Assembly: GCA_951406725.2 (NCBI GenBank)
Contig: OX597821.1
Coordinates: 52,266,001-52,330,000 of the forward strand
Origin: Octopus vulgaris
Taxonomy: Eukaryota
Length of the DNA: 64,000 nucleotides
Direction of reading: 5' to 3'
Positions 13,601 to 28,664 of the stretch are shown here, in pieces. The first letter of the stretch is position 1. Each line of letters begins with the position of its first letter. The position numbers and the translations under genes were made by a program. The notes beneath the pieces are model-generated. The model made no database searches. It saw only the letters and a program-made list of their open reading frames with translations, and was not told the origin of the DNA.

Positions 13601-15274
13601 GAAAAAATGGTAAATTTTATAAATTTGACAAAGAGAATCCATTTAAGTTGATGCAAATCTTTGTTGTCGACAGTTCTTTGAGTAAAACAGACATTTCTAT
13701 ATGCTTTAATAGGCACACTGTAAAGTCAAAATCTAGTGTTATTAAGCCTACACATGCATACATATACACAACCATACACATAAATTCACGCACTCAGTTA
13801 TCTGTATACACATACACATATACTAAACCCACATTTAGAGATACATCAGTTTACTCTTTTACTGAAGCTTTTACAAATCTTTTACCATAGTTCCCATTTA
13901 TGCTGACGGATATGTTATCGCTAATTTGCATTTTTATGATTTTAGGAACTGACAATTACGTGTTTTGAGCTTAAAATCATGCTTCAAAAGTATTTTCTAG
14001 ATTTTAAACTGTCTACAATTTTCTCATATCAAAATCGAAAAGAATTTAAGAACAATATACAAAAGAACAGAACAAACATATAAACTCAAGCCAGCAGTTA
14101 ATTTTTATGTTAATGACAGTCATAATGCGAATTCCATAAACAACTAAGAAATATTCTATCGTCTAGATTCTATTGATAGAGTTTAGTTCTTTTTACGACA
14201 ATTCACTCAAACACAGACACGGCAATATATTCCGTTGCTTACTCGTGATATGCACGCATGTATATATATATATATGAAAGTAACTGTGTTAGCTCAGCAG
14301 AGTTTATATTGAACGAATGTATTCATTATTGCGCCAGATATGTTGGAACAATTTATTGATTGTTGCGAATGGAATTATTCTACCATTGCGAGCTTTCCAA
14401 AACACAATTTATGACAGAAGTACTCAAGCACAGATTTACCCGTGATGGATAAATAAAGCTCACCAACTTTGTGAAATTGCTCAAGCCGCTTTCTTCTTTT
14501 TTTTTAAGGGCTTACTTAATAGAAGAAGGGAGAAGCCATGATTGCCAGGATTTCAAAAACTGGTAAGACAAATGACAGGAGTTGTTCTCAGACCGGAAAA
14601 TACTTATAACTAAGTGAACACCTAGGGCTACGTTTTAGTGTTAAATCTCTTGTCGGATTAAACCTATCACCTTAGACTAAACACAATCGTCTTTTTACCA
14701 AGTCTTCACATATTTCAACCAATTTCTTCTCATATGTCTTTAGTTGACCCGAAATTATGGCAGGTAATACAGAAAATTCTGTACAGCAGGATTGAGCACG
14801 AAACAACGAGATTGAGAAATGATCTCCTCAGCCGCGCAGATTTGTTTTCTATTAACGTTGTAAAATGTTCACTGGCTCTATTATTATTATTATTGGTTTT
14901 TAACCTTAGGTCAGTCCCGACTAAGTAGCATTTTATCAAATTATCCACACTAAGATCATAAATTGACAATGCCCATCTATGTTTCGGCATCTATGAAGAC
15001 ATTCATTATTTCTTGTGTACAAGTTATCTCAATATTCTTTTCAAATGTCAACTAAAATCTGTTAATATTAATATTTTAGATGATTAAGATTTAGTAGTAA
15101 CAAGATTACATCAGCTTATAGTATTACTATTAAAAAAAAACATTCTTCACAGTACTGTCTTTGTATTATGCTCTTTAGTAGTAAACTGTAGCTTTTATTT
15201 GAAATAATGTTTTTTTTCAGGTTGCTTACACACACACAGAGACAGAGACGCGCGCACACTCAGTTATTTATCTA

Positions 15275-15323
<49 letters not shown>

Positions 15324-15638
15324 TTATCTTTCTGTCTATCTATCTATAAATACGTTCACGTACAAACACACTTACATACGCACGCACATAAACACACATT
15401 CACACATACGCACACACACACATCATTTCTCCATGTAAAAGATACTGTAGCATGCTAAGACACGCATGGAATAGTCCCAGGACAGTGCTCAAAGAACTGA
15501 AACTTAAAATCGAACTCCTTCATTTGAGTCAGGTAGTGCCGAGGTAGGAAGTTGTCTACTGAATGAATTATTGGCAAGCCCGTATGGAAGCAAGATCGAT
15601 AATTTGTTCGGTAATAGGTAAGTGGATATATGAACAGT

Positions 15639-15928
15639 GGAGGCACATGGCCTAGTGGACTCGCGGTCGAGGGATCGCAGGTTCGAATCTCAGACTGGTC
15701 GATGTGTGTGTGTTTATGAGCGAAACACTTAAGCTCCACGTGGCTCCGGCAGAAAGTAATTGCGAAATTCTGCTGACTCTTTCGCCACAACTTTCTCTCA
15801 CTCTTTCCTCCTGCATCTTGCAGCTCACCTGCGACGGACCGGCGTCCCGTCTAGGTGGGGAACCTATACACCAAGGAAACCGGGAAACAAGCCCTGTGAG
15901 CCAGGCATGGCTCGAGAAGGAACAAACA
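15639..15928 (+). mobile_element. tRNA-derived SINE (S3 head) with V-domain-like body
   Basis: A box TGGCCTAGTGG, B box GGTTCGAATCT. Body CCTGCGACGGACCGGCGTCCCGTC...GAAACCGGGA resembles the V-SINE central domain. Confidence 0.7.
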
Positions 15929-16854
15929 TATACGAACAAGTAATGTGGGAATTTCGCGAGATTTTATGTTATACAATTCTGTATATGCACACTGATAAAA
16001 AAAGACAATACACCCATAAATTGTAATTATAAATGTACACCCGACCACACCCACACATAGAGCTATATTTGGGTAAATAAATATGTCAAGTATACTATAA
16101 GTGTATCTAAGTTTGATAGCTTTATTAGGGTTTTTAATATGACCTTATTAATTTCTTTGCTTTCATTTTGGAAGAATAATGTCCTGAAATCCTTTTGGAC
16201 TACAAATTTTATAAGACCTCATCGACATCATCATCAAAATAAGGCATTGATTATAATGACACGTTTATTCTCAGTTTGTGGCAGGTCACAAGAGAAATAT
16301 GTATTTGTTAGATAATTCTACTAGAATGAAGAACCTTCTCTTCGGCACAAACATACAAACTTCCTATTCACAGAACTGACTTCAAACAACTAATGTAAGA
16401 GAAAAATGTAAATATAAACATGGTAATTCTAAAGTTCAAGTTTCGAGAATTACATCATTCTCATAAATACATTCTCCCATAGGTTAACTGTGCATTTACA
16501 AGACATTTGCAACACGTTATTAAGCAAAGCACGAAATAAAATTAAATAGAAAAATCCTCATGTACACATTCAGTGCAACTCGTGCCAACTTACTAATTCA
16601 AATTCATACCACAAACCCCTACGTTCTCTTCGCACTTTAAAATTTATATACTTTCTTACCGTAGGAGCTACAGTAACACGAGAGCTTGGAGTTAAGTGAT
16701 TTAGTACGAAACAGTTGATCGTTGGCAAATAATTTACATAACATGCATAATATATTGATTTCTATTCCTCCTATATGTTAAACGAAACCTATATATATAT
16801 AGATATATACGTGTATGCACATATGTACACACACGCATACACAGACATATATAT

Positions 16855-18066
16855 GAGGTGCATGGACTAGTGGTTAATGTGCTGCGCTCACGATCATGAG
16901 ATGGAGGTTTCGATTCTTAGTGCGTTAAGTTCTTGAACAAACCCATTTCACTTCACACTGTTTTGCGATCATTTCGCAGCAGACGTGTGACACATCGTAC
17001 GCTTCTTATATATATATATAGGAATATATATATATATATACACACCACCGCAGGAGTGGCTGTGTGGTAAGAAGCTTGCTTCTCAGCCTCATGGTTCCGT
17101 GTTCAGTCCCATTGCGTACCAGCTTCTGCAAGCGGCTATAGCAGAAGACACTTGCCCAAAGTGTCTTCTGCCTTAGCAGTGGTACTCAACCCGAAGCATT
17201 TGGCTGGAAAGCAAAATTCTTACAACACAACCACTCATGCACTAATATATATTTAAATAAAAGAAGATATACATATATATCTTTTATTCTTTTACCTATT
17301 TCAGTCGTTTGATGGTGGCCATGGTGGAGCACTGCCTCGAGGCGTTTTTTAGTTGAACAAATCGCCTACTGGACTTATATATATAAATGTATATATATAT
17401 ATAAATGTATATATATGTATGTGTGTATGTTTTTTAACCCTAGTACTTATTTTATTGGTCACTTATGGCAAACCTCTAAGTCGAGGGAAATAAACACAGC
17501 AACACCAGTTGTCAGGCGGTTATAGGGGGAAAAAGACAGACACAAAGACAGACAGACAAACAGACACACACGCGCGCAGAAACACACAAACAAACACACA
17601 CCCACAGAAATATAAATATAATTCTTTTACCAAATAAATTGCCCTTCATTGCCGAAGCTCCGATGAAGCTACAAGGTGATGGTATAGCTGAAACAGCTGT
17701 AGGCTAATCAAGTTCCTAAGATAATTCTTTATTCCTTGGTCATCTGATTTTCTTAGACACACACATTTGTAAGATTCCTCTTTATCTATAATTACCCAAC
17801 ACACACACATATATATATATATAAATATGCACTTATCTATATGTAAACATAAATACATATATATATATTTTATTTATTTATTTATAGGCAGAGGAGTAGC
17901 TGCGTGGTAAGTAGCTTGCTTACGAACGACATGGTTCCGGGTTCAGTTCCACTGCGTGGCACCTTGGGAGAGGTCGACCTAGGTGGAATTTGGAGGTAGA
18001 AATTAAAGCTGGAAGAAATGCAGAAGTATTTTCTTCAGGATGCTAACGATTGCACCAGCTCACCCC
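16855..18066. mobile_element. Cluster of partial SINEs (S3 head; S1 heads at ~17049 and ~17887; reversed S1 pieces 17132-17545; S2 piece ~17975-18066)
   Basis: Segments match the full-length S1, S2 and S3 copies in both orientations. Confidence 0.75.
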
Positions 18067-18277
18067 CTTAATATCCCTCCCTCCGTCCGTCCCTCTGTCT
18101 ATTTGTCTGTTTGCCTGTCTCCCAATCTATCCATCTACCTATACATCTATCTATGATGATAGTTCATGTGGAGCTCTAAACTTATCAGTGGCAGTCGCAC
18201 GACTATTTACACACACACGGCACAATATATACATACATATGTGCGCATCCGATTGTGCTCGTGTGCGTGTATGTCTG

Positions 18278-18308
<31 letters not shown>

Positions 18309-19709
18309 ATGTATGTATGTATGTATGTATGTATGTATGTATGTATGTATGTGTGTATATATATGTGCATATATATATGTATGCTATATCGTATATAAAT
18401 AAAAAGTTCCTCGATTTCTATAGAACCGATCTATATATATATATATATTTCTGTATGATAATGAATGTCGTAGCATATGCTAAGATCATTAAATCTGATA
18501 CCGGTGTATAACGTAATATGGTAAGACTAGACGAGAAAGTCTAGACAAGACTACGTTACCTCTAATGAATATCCAGTACAACTGAATAGACAATTTAACA
18601 TATCACTGACCGTACATTGTTGCACTCATCAAATATATACTCGTAACTGTCATACATACACACACACACACACACACATATATATTTATATATATATATG
18701 AATATGTGTATGTATATATGTATGTGCGTCTAGATACGTGCGTGTGTATAAGTATGTATGTATAATAGTGGCGGCTATTGAGACATTGTTTTTATTCTGG
18801 AGCTAACGCGGCTCCGATGATAATTTACTGAGTTCTCCAAACAAATTTTGTTTCTCTCTGCTCATGACAGCATATAGACATTTATACTTTCTCCCTCTAC
18901 GTTTTGTGAATATTTTAGATTCAAATTCCAATATAACAAGAATGAATATTCTGCATAAATAGTTTCCAGCTAAATATATTAGAGCACCTGAAGTTGATGA
19001 ATAAAAATTGGTAAATTACGAGTGGGATTATCGATCGCTTTCTATACAATCGTAAGTCATAATTTCCCAAAGAAAAATACTTTAGACGAAAGGGATAGCT
19101 TAATTTATAGTAGTAATGTCTGAGTATTATTGTTTGTTAACGATTTTTATGCAGACATTAAAATAAAAAGAGAATAAACAACTTAAGAAATCACTTTAAA
19201 AAATACGTTCCACTTTATGTGAAATGTAAATATATGTGAGAGAAAGCAGTAAAAACATAGAATTTATATTCTTAAATGTATGTGTGTATAGTTATGTATA
19301 AAAAACTTAATGTTTACCATGAGATATTTACTATAAAAAATATAATTTTCCGGTATATAATTCACCTACTCAAATAGATATTTTAACTGTATATGAGGAA
19401 ATATATTGAGATGTAAGTGTAATTACTGTCATTTTCTAAAATGTAAATAAACATAAAAAATGCAAATGATTTTTACTGGAGAAAAAATGTATGGATTTAT
19501 GAGCGATGATGGAGTGTACAAAAACAGTGGAAGCTATTGTATTTCTACAGAATAAAGAAAATAAGATATGATCCGTTATGGTCAATAACGTTACACAATA
19601 GCCGCAACAAAAGTGAAATAATTGAAGTCTGCTCCTTAGTTTATGTTCGAAACGGTGAATTTGCGTAAACTATTTTAAAAGTTTAACTTGAAAACTGTGA
19701 TGATATAGG

Positions 19710-19785
<76 letters not shown>

Positions 19786-19813
19786 GTATATACATACTTT
19801 ATATACATGTACC

Positions 19814-19844
<31 letters not shown>

Positions 19845-19967
19845 AATGTATACGAAGGTAAGTAATCCGAAAGTTATCGTCATGCCTGGTATAAAATTAT
19901 AATACTTGCAAACATATACATACAGAGTAGCTTTGATCTCAAACATGATTAAATTCACCAATTTACG

Positions 19968-20110
19968 ATCATGTTGGGCCATCGCCTTGAAGAATGCAAG
20001 TCGAACGAATGGAACCAGTACTCATTTTTCAAGCCTGGTACTTATGCTAGCGGCCTCTTCTATGTGACGTAAACACACCAACAACAGTTGTCAACAGTTG
20101 TTTGGGGAAA
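19968..20110 (-). mobile_element. Degenerate S1 SINE 3' body
   Basis: Matches the reverse of the S1 body (CATG.TGG.C...GTAAACAC.CCA.CA..GTTGTCAA). Confidence 0.55.
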
Positions 20111-20145
20111 ATACAGACACAGCGACACACAAATCCACACACACA

Positions 20146-20193
<48 letters not shown>

Positions 20194-20299
20194 CACACAC
20201 ACATATATATATACCTCTCTCTATATATATTCAGTGACAGATAAGTATCAGTCAATGTCCAAGGTATTATATATATATATATATATACTATATATATAT

Positions 20300-20617
20300 T
20301 CATGACATGGGGATACGGTACTTCAGTAGAATTGTACCTCCGAGTAGTCTCTAAGTACTCTCAAAGCAGTCCTTCGGGCTCATTTCACAAAGGGAACGTA
20401 ACTCTTGGTTTGTTTCTTTTTTTTGTTTTGATCCATCTTTTGTCTTCTCGATCCATGTTTCTCATTTTTTTTTTTGCATCAGCCATCACGTTTTTCTCAT
20501 CCTTTCTCATGTACCAGCGTCTTAGTTTCCAAATTCGACTAACCATGTTCAGTGAGCTTGAAAAATTATTAGGCACGATATATTAATCTGTTGTTTTACC
20601 GTGTCTCCATGACATGA
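20300..20617. mobile_element. Putative MITE or deleted DNA transposon
   Basis: Imperfect terminal inverted repeats: TCATGACATGGGGATACGGTA on the left, reverse complement TCATGTCATGGAGACACGGTA on the right. Confidence 0.45.
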
Positions 20618-20714
20618 GACTATTAGCAGCTCATGTTTTCAAAATGTATTCATTAAACGACACACATACGAGCACACAAGCATACACATGCACACATCTG
20701 TGTGTATGTCTGTT

Positions 20715-20812
<98 letters not shown>

Positions 20813-21898
20813 TGTATGTATCTCACCCTAAATGTACACAGGATACTTACGCATTAATTCGCACGCAATGATCTTTTTTTACTCTCTATATAACTCACTC
20901 TCTCCAAAATGCTAGCATACATATTGCATTTTGGTTATGTTTGTAAAACGTTGGTGGATATTGAAGTTTGAGGGAAAAAATATTCTCCTTAAAGTACATT
21001 CTATTGATCGTCTTCTCTCTTTCTCGTACACACTCATTACCACACGCACGCACACACGCCTACACATACACACATACAGATACACTCATAACTAACGTTT
21101 ATACTACCATTCTCCGTATACATACTGAGATGACCAAACAATCTAACATTATTCGGTCAATTTTGCTGCAGTAAATTATACATAAACATAATACATAAAC
21201 AATATAGACAGACTCATCTTTTTAAACAAACAATAGTACAGAATATTTTCTGTTCATCTATGATTGCAATTTTCCTTCATTCGCTATTGAAATGAGAAAA
21301 TATGAACTTTGTATTGTTATTCAATATATTTAAATTCTGCCCTTATTTGGAATTGATTTGGCTAACTTTCTCAGTAACTGTGATATCTATTTCGTTAAAT
21401 CAATCTGTTATTTTTTTCATGTATTTAAGCTGTGATATGTTATCGAAGTTGAGTTGTGTAATCGTTTCGGTAGGTGGTCATGTCAGCCGGTTGCTGAATC
21501 GAAGCAGGGTGAACGTTATATATATTAATAGTGACAGAAAACTATGTCAAAAGTGATTCATTACATTTATACAAATATATAAAGTTTGGAATTTGCTAAG
21601 CAAATGATAGAAAAGTTCTCATAATTTTTATTATTTAGCACCGGAGAGTTAATCTTTGTCTCCTGCAGACAACAACGACAACAACAACACGCAAAAATAG
21701 AAAAAGAACGCGAATCATTCGCTCACTTAGTATAATTCAGCGTGCGTGTACACACACACACACACGCACGCACACACACATACACACATATATATATATA
21801 CACACACACTTGGAAATGGATGCGTGGCGTTCAATTAAATAATAAACAATACATATATATATACATACACACACACATACGTACACACATACATATAT

Positions 21899-22590
21899 AT
21901 ATGGGTACAAGATGTCACCAACTGTGTAAACAACATGAAGTACGAAAACATACGAGTTATATACGCAAGCACCGGAGAAAAAAGGGAAAACAGCACAAGT
22001 AAACAGAGAACGACCCTTCATCAGTTGCCGGTTGTGTATCTACTCCACATTTCGAGTATTCAACGACAATATGAGTAATCAAAGACAGCTGCTCCCACAA
22101 ATTGCAAAATAAAATTTTGGATTTATGGACCAACCATCGTCCATCATTCTTTTCTTCAACTGACCATATTTCCTTTCCTGCACGACATTCTAAGGACTAG
22201 ACGTTTTCTTTCGCTTTCCTCTATCCTCTTTTCAAAGAAAATATTCCTCCCAGTGTTCACTATTTTCCTCTCGTTCTGGTCTAACAACTCTCCTTGTTTG
22301 CTTTTGTTCGGTTTCCTTGTATGTCTCCACTGTCCTGTTTTTGTTCCTAACTCTGACCCTCCAAAAAAAAACAAAATCTGATTTTGGAATTTATGGGAGC
22401 AGCTATCTTTGGAGATTCATATTGTCGTTGAATGATCGAAATGAGGAGTAGACAGCTGACTACTGATAAAGGGTCATTCTCTGTGTTTACTTTCCTGTTT
22501 TCCATTTTCCTCTCATTGTTTGCGTATTTAACTCGTTTGTTTTCATACTTTGTGTTGTGTACACAGTTGGTGACGTCCTGTTCTCATATA
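21899..22590. repeat. Diverged ~220-bp inverted repeat unit in (TA)n context, PLE-like
   Basis: ~21899-22118 versus ~22372-22590 (e.g. GTCACCAACTGTGTA / TACACAGTTGGTGAC; CAACGACAATATGA / TCATATTGTCGTTG). Confidence 0.75.
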
Positions 22591-23537
22591 TATATATATA
22601 AATGCATGCATTAAACTGTTCAGTGCAGGACCGCATTATTTAAGCTTCACACCCGTGAAAATCACGGAGTACGATTCTGTAGCATATTTATTTCGATTAA
22701 ATATTTACTGTGCGAAACAGGGTGAGTAGTCCGCCCGTCTCTCTCTTTCTCTCACTCTCTGTTCCTATCCCTGATTCCCTCTCTCCCCATCTCTGTATAT
22801 ATATATATATATATATATATAAGGATTTCAAAACGGAGGTAAAGCACTATATAGATTATGTTGATACGGAAAGGTTTTTAAAAATAATATCTGGTATTTA
22901 CAGTCAGCAGAGAGAAAGTAAGACTCTATACGATCCATAACTCAATATGTTAAATCGATCATTTGATTAGCGAAAATCGGTAAAATGAACTGCCTGCTAA
23001 TTTCTGGATCGATATAAGAGTTTAAAGCATTTCAACTCAGTGGCCCAGCATGGCTTCATTCCAATGACTGAAACCATTAAAATAACTAAATAAGAATGTA
23101 AATACGTTTGTTGTCGACTTTTATTTAAATTTGCACTATATTGCCAGTTCAAATGTGTCTTTAGCAAGAAGATCAATTTTACTTTATTGAATATATTCCA
23201 CAGAAAAGACATCTCCAAAATTAAACAGAATTAAACTTATACGTGTGCTGCATGTTGATAGAGAAGGCCAAAATTTCAAGTGAGAAAGTTCAATTTAATA
23301 AAAGAACCCTCAGACTTGAATTTTAGGACTGCGCTACAATCAATAAATGAAGAAAACATTAATAACAGAATACTGTGGATTGCTATGTGAAGCTAACTCT
23401 ACGATTCTGTTTTTGTACGTGCGAGCTCACACACACACATACACAAATATATAAGGAAAAATTGTGCACTAGAAAATAACAAAAGACATCAGCTATGAAA
23501 AATAGAACAGAAAAGCAGAGTAAGGAGAAGGAAAATG

Positions 23538-23600
<63 letters not shown>

Positions 23601-24477
23601 CAAGGTTTGTGGCAGAAATGAATGAAGGAATACATTGTGATACGAGTTTATTAAGAAAGTAGGGAAATACAACAACAATTAGACATTACTTAAGAAGATA
23701 GCAAATAGATAAGAACAGTATAAACAAAATACGATATAAAATAAATCTCCACCTCATCAACTAAATATTGTAATGTAGTTTGAATTACCTACTGAAATAA
23801 CCACAATGCTTAGCAGTGTCCAATAGCTAAGGCTGGAAGCCTCTAAAAATATTGTAGAACAAGGAGTGGACAGAACACAAATAAGAAATGCAAACTTTAC
23901 AAGCAAGCATTTGATAAGATAAAAGTAGGTGATATTAGAGGAATGTTTCGCCTCATATTTGTACAGAGAGAGAAGGAGAGAGAGAGGGCAAAGTAGAGAG
24001 AGAGTGAGAGAGAGAAAGAAATAAATAAAAAGGGAGAGGAGTGAGGGAGAGAGAGAGAGAGTGAGAGAAACAGATAGACAGAGAAAGGAGAAATAAGAAA
24101 TATAACATGAAATGATATCGCAAAAGAAAAATACTATGCAAAGCAATTTATATGTAGTTATTGGTTTCCAGTACTGAGAAATATAATTAGAAGTATACCT
24201 TAACGTTTTTGCCATAGTTTTTTATTTCCATAAAAAGACAGAACAATTGAGAGCAGAAAAATAAATAGCGAAGAGACATAAAAACTGTCAGGAAGGCAAC
24301 AACCCTTCTGCTTGTAGTCAAATTGAAAGACAAATGTTATTGATAGGACATTTATACTGATAAATACACATGCATATTCACACACAGGTACACATACACA
24401 TATGTACTTATGTACATCTATCTATCTAGCTAGCTACCTGCCTGTCTGAATGTATGTATGTATGTGTGTATCTATCT

Positions 24478-24478
24478 G

Positions 24479-24557
<79 letters not shown>
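24478..24557. repeat. (TCTA)n microsatellite
   Basis: Directly visible. Confidence 0.97.
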
Positions 24558-24558
<1 letters not shown>

Positions 24559-25194
24559 CCTATCGATCTATCAAATACATAGATCGGATTATAATGCCAG
24601 CTGTGCCGTATGAAACATACCTGCATATTTCAACTCCCCAAAGTATACTTTTAAATGTTATGTTTTATATATGAGATAAAAATACTGGAGAATACTGTTA
24701 AATACTAGAAAATATTTAATGCTGAATAGTTACATATTAAAAGACAAGACTGAAACATTTCTTTTAATTCTTGGTTCGATGAATTGTTAATGGGAGATGT
24801 CTTACATGTGTACGTATTCAACTCCTGTGGGTAATTAAAAATGTCATTCTCAATAAATAATACCCCAAAATTTCCACTGTTATGTACACACATATATACA
24901 TACACACAACACAAATACACACTTGGTTTCATATTTATAGATCTATACTATGACGGTGTGTGGTGGGTAATGACAGGGAAATATAGAAACGAGTGTAAGA
25001 TACACATGAATTTAGTATTGCAGATGATAGCATTAGCAATAGCTATTGTGGTATTATTAGAAGTAGCAGTTGTAATATTAGTAGTAGTAGTCGTTGTAGC
25101 TGTTCTTGTTATGTAGAAAAGGTTGTAAAAGTATCTTGTATGCATAATCGTTTGACTCCATTGTTAAATGAAAGTAATAACTATCACACTTTAT

Positions 25195-25400
25195 ATTAGC
25201 TTCAAATTTTGACAAAAAGCTAGTAATTTTAAGGAGGAGGGGTAAGTCGATTATATCGAAACCCAGAACTCAACTGTTACTTTATCGACCCTGAACGAAT
25301 GAAAGCAAAGTCCACCTTGCTGGAATTTGAACTCAGAATATAAAGACGGACGAAATGCCGCTAAGCGTCTTGTACAGCATGCTAACGGTTCTGTCAGTTA
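25195..25400 (-). mobile_element. SINE S2
   Basis: GGAATTTGAACTCAGAA and TTTATCGACCC match the reverse of 34343-34555. Confidence 0.75.
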
Positions 25401-25655
25401 GACATCTTATCTCACACTTGATATTAGTAATTAAATTAATTTACGTTAGTTTATTGGTATTTTTGATATTTTTAGGCATCAATCAGCCTCTGCATATCTG
25501 GTCAGATTGGTTTTAAGTAAAGGAAGTCCAGCAGAGAACACTCCATATTTTTATTTGTTACAGAAGCAAAGCCATAATTAAATGTTATTATTATACAAGA
25601 TTATCCATTATTTGTTTCAGGTATAATATACAGAAGGCTGCACGATCGCGTAGTT

Positions 25656-25716
25656 CTAAATTTGCTAGAAATTACTTTCAAAGGAAACCTTTGAAAGTAA
25701 TTTCTAGCAAATTTAG
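25656..25716. repeat. Perfect 29-bp hairpin with 3-nt loop
   Basis: CTAAATTTGCTAGAAATTACTTTCAAAGG-AAA-CCTTTGAAAGTAATTTCTAGCAAATTTAG. Confidence 0.9.
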
Positions 25717-27619
25717 GTACTAAGAATTACTGGTAAGATATTGTTTCCGTTTATTCAAAGAAAACCAGTTGTAACGAATATTGAATGCAGAGAGCAGCGT
25801 CATTGAATTTTGAACAGTTTCAATGAGACCTTTGTGCATACGTCATTCAATTGAGTTTTACTCAATGATTTTTCCATCAGTAAATTGCTAAGTAAGGCAT
25901 ACCTTACGTCACTCTGAGGAGATCTAGTCATATCGAAAAATGTTCTGAATTGTGTCTCCTATTAGGAGCAATCATTAATATAGTTGATTCAGATAATGTT
26001 ACCTTTCTACAACGCAATTCATTTCTGACCCGATTTTTGAGCACATCATGTCAGTTATATTAGCTTAATGGTACTGAAGTTCACGAATTTGGATAATTTC
26101 GTATTCTGTAGCGAGAAGGATTTGATGCATCAGCGTCAGTCATACTAACTAACATCGTCACTGCTTCTCTTGATATCTTTGCTACATTTTAAACATTACT
26201 ATGCCGTATTTCATTTCATATTTAGAATATATCAATGTTTTTCATAACTGCTGGGATAAATAGTCTCGGCTAAATTACGTAATATTTCGTTACATTCTCG
26301 CAGTAATTAGCTTCGAAACTTTACGTTCAAAGTTCAAATCCCACCGAGACAATAAAATAAAGACAATAAAATAAAATAAATCTATAAATATTAGTCTCGT
26401 ACTGAGATCAATCTAATCTAATGCTTTATCTCTACAGTTGTGTAGCTTTATTGATAGGCAAAATATCCATAAAGATCTTTAATGTACTGTAAGCGTGGAA
26501 AAAAAATGATGACATCACGGTTCGTTTCAGGTCCAGGATATTATAAGCAATAAGCATTGTTAAATTCCGTTAACTACGAGAAGAAAATCCAGAACGAGGC
26601 ACATCAATTGTTGTAGATTCATATGTTAATATGTCTTTATATAAATATATCAGAAATAAATCACACACAGACACACAAATAATAGTCGTAAAGAAGTGGA
26701 GAGACAGCAGTTCTTAAATTTAATATCAAGTGGATCAGTCTAAATATATGAAAGTACAGGCAAGATAATAAGGCAATCAAAAACTTTCTTGTCTAGAATA
26801 AAATTTAAAATCTCTTTAGTTCATTTAATTATAAGTATAGACACATCAAGTTATCCTGAAAGAGACAGTGGCAAACGTTGCTTGCTCATGCAAATTTTAA
26901 ACAAATTTTCTACGAAACAAGATGGAAATCAAAAGACAGATTTCTTAACTTATGATGAAAATTTAGTATGACATAATGAATTTAATGCTGTCGTTGCATT
27001 TTCACCTAATATTGTTAGATATGTAAATTAGATTATTAGAAACGAAAATTCAAACACAATTTTAAACTTCTTACTTCGAAAAATAGACAAACAAAACGTT
27101 ACCATTAAATTAGATATGAAGAAATGTAAGTTGAGAGACGAAATATTCTTCATTAAAACATGCAATTGTTCCAGAGAGGCGAAAGAAAAATCATACGACC
27201 TTGATTTCATATACCCTGCATATACGCAATAAAATTGAACATATATTTATTTTAAAGTCAGTGCTCCAGTGGCTGCAGTCAAATGACTATTATTTAATAC
27301 GTCAATTTATCGTCAATTTTTTGTCTCTCAACCGTTCTTTTTCTCTCACCTCTCTCTTTTCTATTAACAACTGATACTCATGATAAATGACAACGCATCC
27401 TGTTTATCAGACTGTTACACGTATATTTAAACAAACCTGTGCTTATTCCATATCATTTATATGTTGCTTTGTCATTGGTCTGAAAAACTAATGTAAATGG
27501 ACACACAAGCATACACTCGCACGCATGCATAAATATAAATATTAGTGTTGTTTTCTCGTTTCGGTCGTGCAGAGTATATGACAAACAGTGTACTAGTGGT
27601 CTACAACATTGGAATATTA

Positions 27620-28240
27620 AATCTAATAACGGATTGTTTTCAATAAAAATATCAATATATCGATATTTTTATTGTTTTCAATAAAAATATCGAATGACTC
27701 TAGTATTCGTATAAAATACTCCTTTATTAGTGGAATAAAAACGTTACGGTGATGCAGGTTGAGGCGAACTTTTTGCAAGCTTCGGTAAATATTTTGCTCT
27801 AGTGGATTTTTGGAAGGCCATAGAGGTTGTTGATTTTGCAATCAAAATTTATTAAGCAGTCGCATTACTTTGTTGTTAGGTTCTTTTGATGTCGGCAAAT
27901 GAGTGTATTTTATCTGAACATCGTCTTTCATAGAAAGTAGTATCTTGTAAGAGGTGAGATACAGAGTTTTGTATTGTTCTGTGTCCATAATTACAACAGT
28001 ACTACCCTTATCTTGATTGTGATGTCATGATTGTTTTATAACTCGTGGATGATTCTCCATTCCCTTTTACTGGTATTGGATTTAGTTTTAGATTGTGGTA
28101 GTCCACTGTAAGGGAAGTTTGATACGTAGTCACAAAATTTGTCCAAAGTTTTGTCCCTGCCTTTTGTAGGATTGAAATTGCTTTTATTGCGTACCATTGA
28201 TTTGTCGTCATTATTTTCCTTGTCGAAAAATTCTTCTGTC
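27620..28240 (-). pseudogene. Penelope-like element reverse transcriptase N-terminal relic
   Basis: Minus strand encodes DKGSTVVIMD (28012-27983) and then LYGLPKIH (27825-27802), the PLE DKG and YGLPKIHK motifs in the correct order; frameshifted. Confidence 0.8.
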
Positions 28241-28274
28241 AGACATTGTCATGTATTTCATATATACATACATA

Positions 28275-28404
28275 CGTACGTATGTACGTATGTACGTACG
28301 TATGTATGTATGTATGTATGTATGTATGTATGTATGTATGTATGTATGTATGTATGTATGTATGTATGTATGTATGTATGTATGTATGTATGCATGCATG
28401 TATG

Positions 28405-28440
<36 letters not shown>
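28275..28440. repeat. (TATG)n/(TA)n microsatellite
   Basis: Directly visible. Confidence 0.97.
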
Positions 28441-28443
<3 letters not shown>

Positions 28444-28607
28444 GTATATATTTATATATGTATATATCTATCTGTCTATCATAAAAACTTTAGGATCCTA
28501 CAGAAGCAAAGTATTTCAATATCAAAGGCACCAAAGTAGACGGAGCATGTGTGCACTAACAATGTGTACGGTCATTACGCATACTTACCAAACTATATAT
28601 ATATATT

Positions 28608-28664
<57 letters not shown>

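Noticed and set aside
22003-22030. CTGATGA in the 21899-22590 inverted repeat as a hammerhead
   Set aside because: No stem II/GAAA/UH in proper order downstream.
25780-26060. Possible decayed RTE endonuclease on the minus strand
   Set aside because: Only faint motif echoes; not supportable by eye.
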